Assembly (NCBI RefSeq): GCF_044357945.1
Contig: NZ_CP076563.1
Location: forward strand, 1,052,714-1,076,713
Origin: Christensenella sp. MSJ-20
GTDB taxonomy: Bacteria > Bacillota > Clostridia > Christensenellales > QAND01
Reading direction: 5' to 3'
Length of the DNA stretch: 24,000 nucleotides
The notes beneath the pieces were generated by a model. That model saw nothing but the letters and a program-made list of their open reading frames with translations. It had not been told where the DNA came from and did not search any database. Shown one piece after another: positions 22,660-24,000 of this stretch. Position numbers and translations under genes: made by a program. How positions within the stretch are numbered: the first letter of the stretch is position 1; each line of letters starts with the position of its first letter.

Positions 22660-24000
22660 CTATTGGATGGCCTTTTCTACGGCGGCTTTCCAATCCGACC
22701 GTAGGCTCAGGCGCTGGGATGGTTTGATGGACGGAGTATAGCGGGGGCCCAGAGGACGGGGGATGGCGGCAAAGGAGGGATATACCCCCGTGGCAATCCC
22801 CGCCATGTAGGCCGCTCCCAGGGCGGATAGCTCGTTGGTGGCGGCGCACTGGATGGGACACCCCAACAGATCCGCCTGCATCTGCATCAATAGAGCGTTG
22901 CGGCTGGCTCCCCCGTCAGCGTGCAGCAGCGTCACCGGCGGCATGCTGGCCAGGATATCAGCATTCTGCTGGGCGATGGAGGAAAGGGCGGCATAGGCCA
23001 CCTGGGCCCGGGTGGTTCCCCTGCTAAGACCCCAGAGAAGCCCTTTTGCATCGCTGTTAAAATAGGGCGCCCCCAATCCAGAAAAGGCGGGAATCAACTG
23101 TACGCCGCCGCTGTCATGGACGGTATTCGCTAGGCGCTCAATCTCGTCCGGATCGGTAAACATGCCCAATTCACAGAGGAAGATCAGCGTATCCGCCGAG
23201 CAGGTAACATTTCCCTCCAGGGCGTAATGAACGCCATCCTTGTTGTGAAAACCCACGCAGGTGGACAGCCCGGGGGCAAACACCGGGCTGTTTCCGATGT
23301 TCTGCATCACCGAGGAACCGGTGCCATAGGTGGCTTTGGCCTCCCCCACCCTATGGCATCCGTTGCCGTAAAGGGCGGCGTGGCTGTCCCCCATGACCCC
23401 GGTAACGGGGATCCCCCTCCAATGGCAAAAGATATGATCCGAGGGGTAAATGGCTTCCGCCAAGGTCTCGCGGCGGATGCCAAACAAATCCAGCATGGAG
23501 TCATCCCAATCAAGGGTGGAAAGGCTCATCAACTGGGTGCGGGCAGCGTTGGTGGTATCGGTGGCAAACACCTTTCCCCCCGATAGATGCCAGATGAGAA
23601 AGCTGTCCACGGTACCCACACAGATGTCCTCCTGGACCAAGTCATACTGCCGGATGGCATGGGCCGCTTTCGCGGCGGAATAATAGGGGGACAGGGCCAG
23701 CCCGGTGATCTCCTTGACCCGCTTGGACTGGATCTTTAAACTGTCACACAGCGCCTGGGAGCGGATATCCTGCCAAACGATGACGGGACAGACGGGCTGA
23801 CCGGTTTTCCGGTCCCATAGCACCGTGGTCTCCCGCTGGTTGCTGATGGCCAGGGCCGCCGCCTGGTCCGGCCCAATCCCCTCCATCACCTGCTCCACGC
23901 AGAGCAGCACATTGGCCAGGATCTCCTGGCCGTCGTGCTCCGCCCAGCCCGGCTGGGGAAAGCTCTGATGATGGTTCCGGGAGGCTCGGCGCAGGATGTT
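22660..24000 (-). CDS. FGGY-family carbohydrate kinase (glycerol-kinase-like). The N-terminus lies beyond the right edge of the window.
   Basis: The track ORF starts at an internal Met (23910), but the frame stays open to 24000 by hand translation (NILRRASRNHHQSFPQPGWAEHDGQEILANV...). FGGY motifs are present: PGWAEHD, SNQRETTVLWD, GDSHAALYG and HADGGASRNALLMQMQADLLG. Confidence 0.85.
   Translation of the reverse strand, partial: NILRRASRNHHQSFPQPGWAEHDGQEILANVLLCVEQVMEGIGPDQAAALAISNQRETTVLWDRKTGQPVCPVIVWQDIRSQALCDSLKIQSKRVKEITGLALSPYYSAAKAAHAIRQYDLVQEDICVGTVDSFLIWHLSGGKVFATDTTNAARTQLMSLSTLDWDDSMLDLFGIRRETLAEAIYPSDHIFCHWRGIPVTGVMGDSHAALYGNGCHRVGEAKATYGTGSSVMQNIGNSPVFAPGLSTCVGFHNKDGVHYALEGNVTCSADTLIFLCELGMFTDPDEIERLANTVHDSGGVQLIPAFSGLGAPYFNSDAKGLLWGLSRGTTRAQVAYAALSSIAQQNADILASMPPVTLLHADGGASRNALLMQMQADLLGCPIQCAATNELSALGAAYMAGIATGVYPSFAAIPRPLGPRYTPSIKPSQRLSLRSDWKAAVEKAIQ

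Noticed and set aside
1-24000. Search for CRISPR arrays, tRNA/rRNA genes, IS elements, integrases, toxin-antitoxin pairs or defence-system signatures
   Set aside because: I noticed none of the following: regularly spaced direct repeats, cloverleaf-like or rRNA-like segments, DDE/tyrosine-recombinase-like translations, or small two-gene cassettes. Apart from the GNAT islet, every ORF over 100 aa that I accept fits housekeeping, sporulation, cofactor, envelope or sugar metabolism.

Overview
The window is GC-rich, with almost every gene on the minus strand, and looks like core chromosome of a spore-forming Clostridia-type Firmicute (inference from spo0A, veg, a SPOCS/DUF3794 protein and yabE-ksgA synteny). 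All calls rest on motifs I read in the supplied translations. No homology search was possible.

Genes from left to right:
- SPOCS-domain protein (partial), veg, spo0A
- a divergent class-B penicillin-binding protein
- a very acidic hypothetical protein
- an AT-rich islet carrying a GNAT acetyltransferase
- a larE-larB-larC operon for the nickel-pincer (NPN) cofactor
- a DUF2809 membrane protein, rsmA/ksgA and a yabE-like G5/3D protein
- a large membrane protein of unknown function, divergent from a DUF368 membrane protein
- about 0.47 kb of unassigned convergent spacer
- fhs, an AbrB-family membrane protein and a VOC/glyoxalase protein
- a LacI regulator, a FucI-like isomerase and an FGGY kinase (partial)

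I saw no tRNA, rRNA, CRISPR array, transposase, integrase or recognisable defence system, so I cannot support a claim of a novel multi-gene system.

The observations most worth a second look:
1. larC is split into two frames exactly at an A10 run. That run carries the dnaX-type A_AAA_AAG heptamer in the zero frame, so this is candidate recoding, or else a homopolymer error.
2. A 25-bp near-palindrome lies over the -10 of a near-consensus lar promoter.
3. LarE has a three-cysteine pattern and no larA is linked.
4. A Cys-rich small ORF with host-like codon bias sits in the unassigned spacer.
5. Several lineage-specific proteins or extensions have no assignable function.
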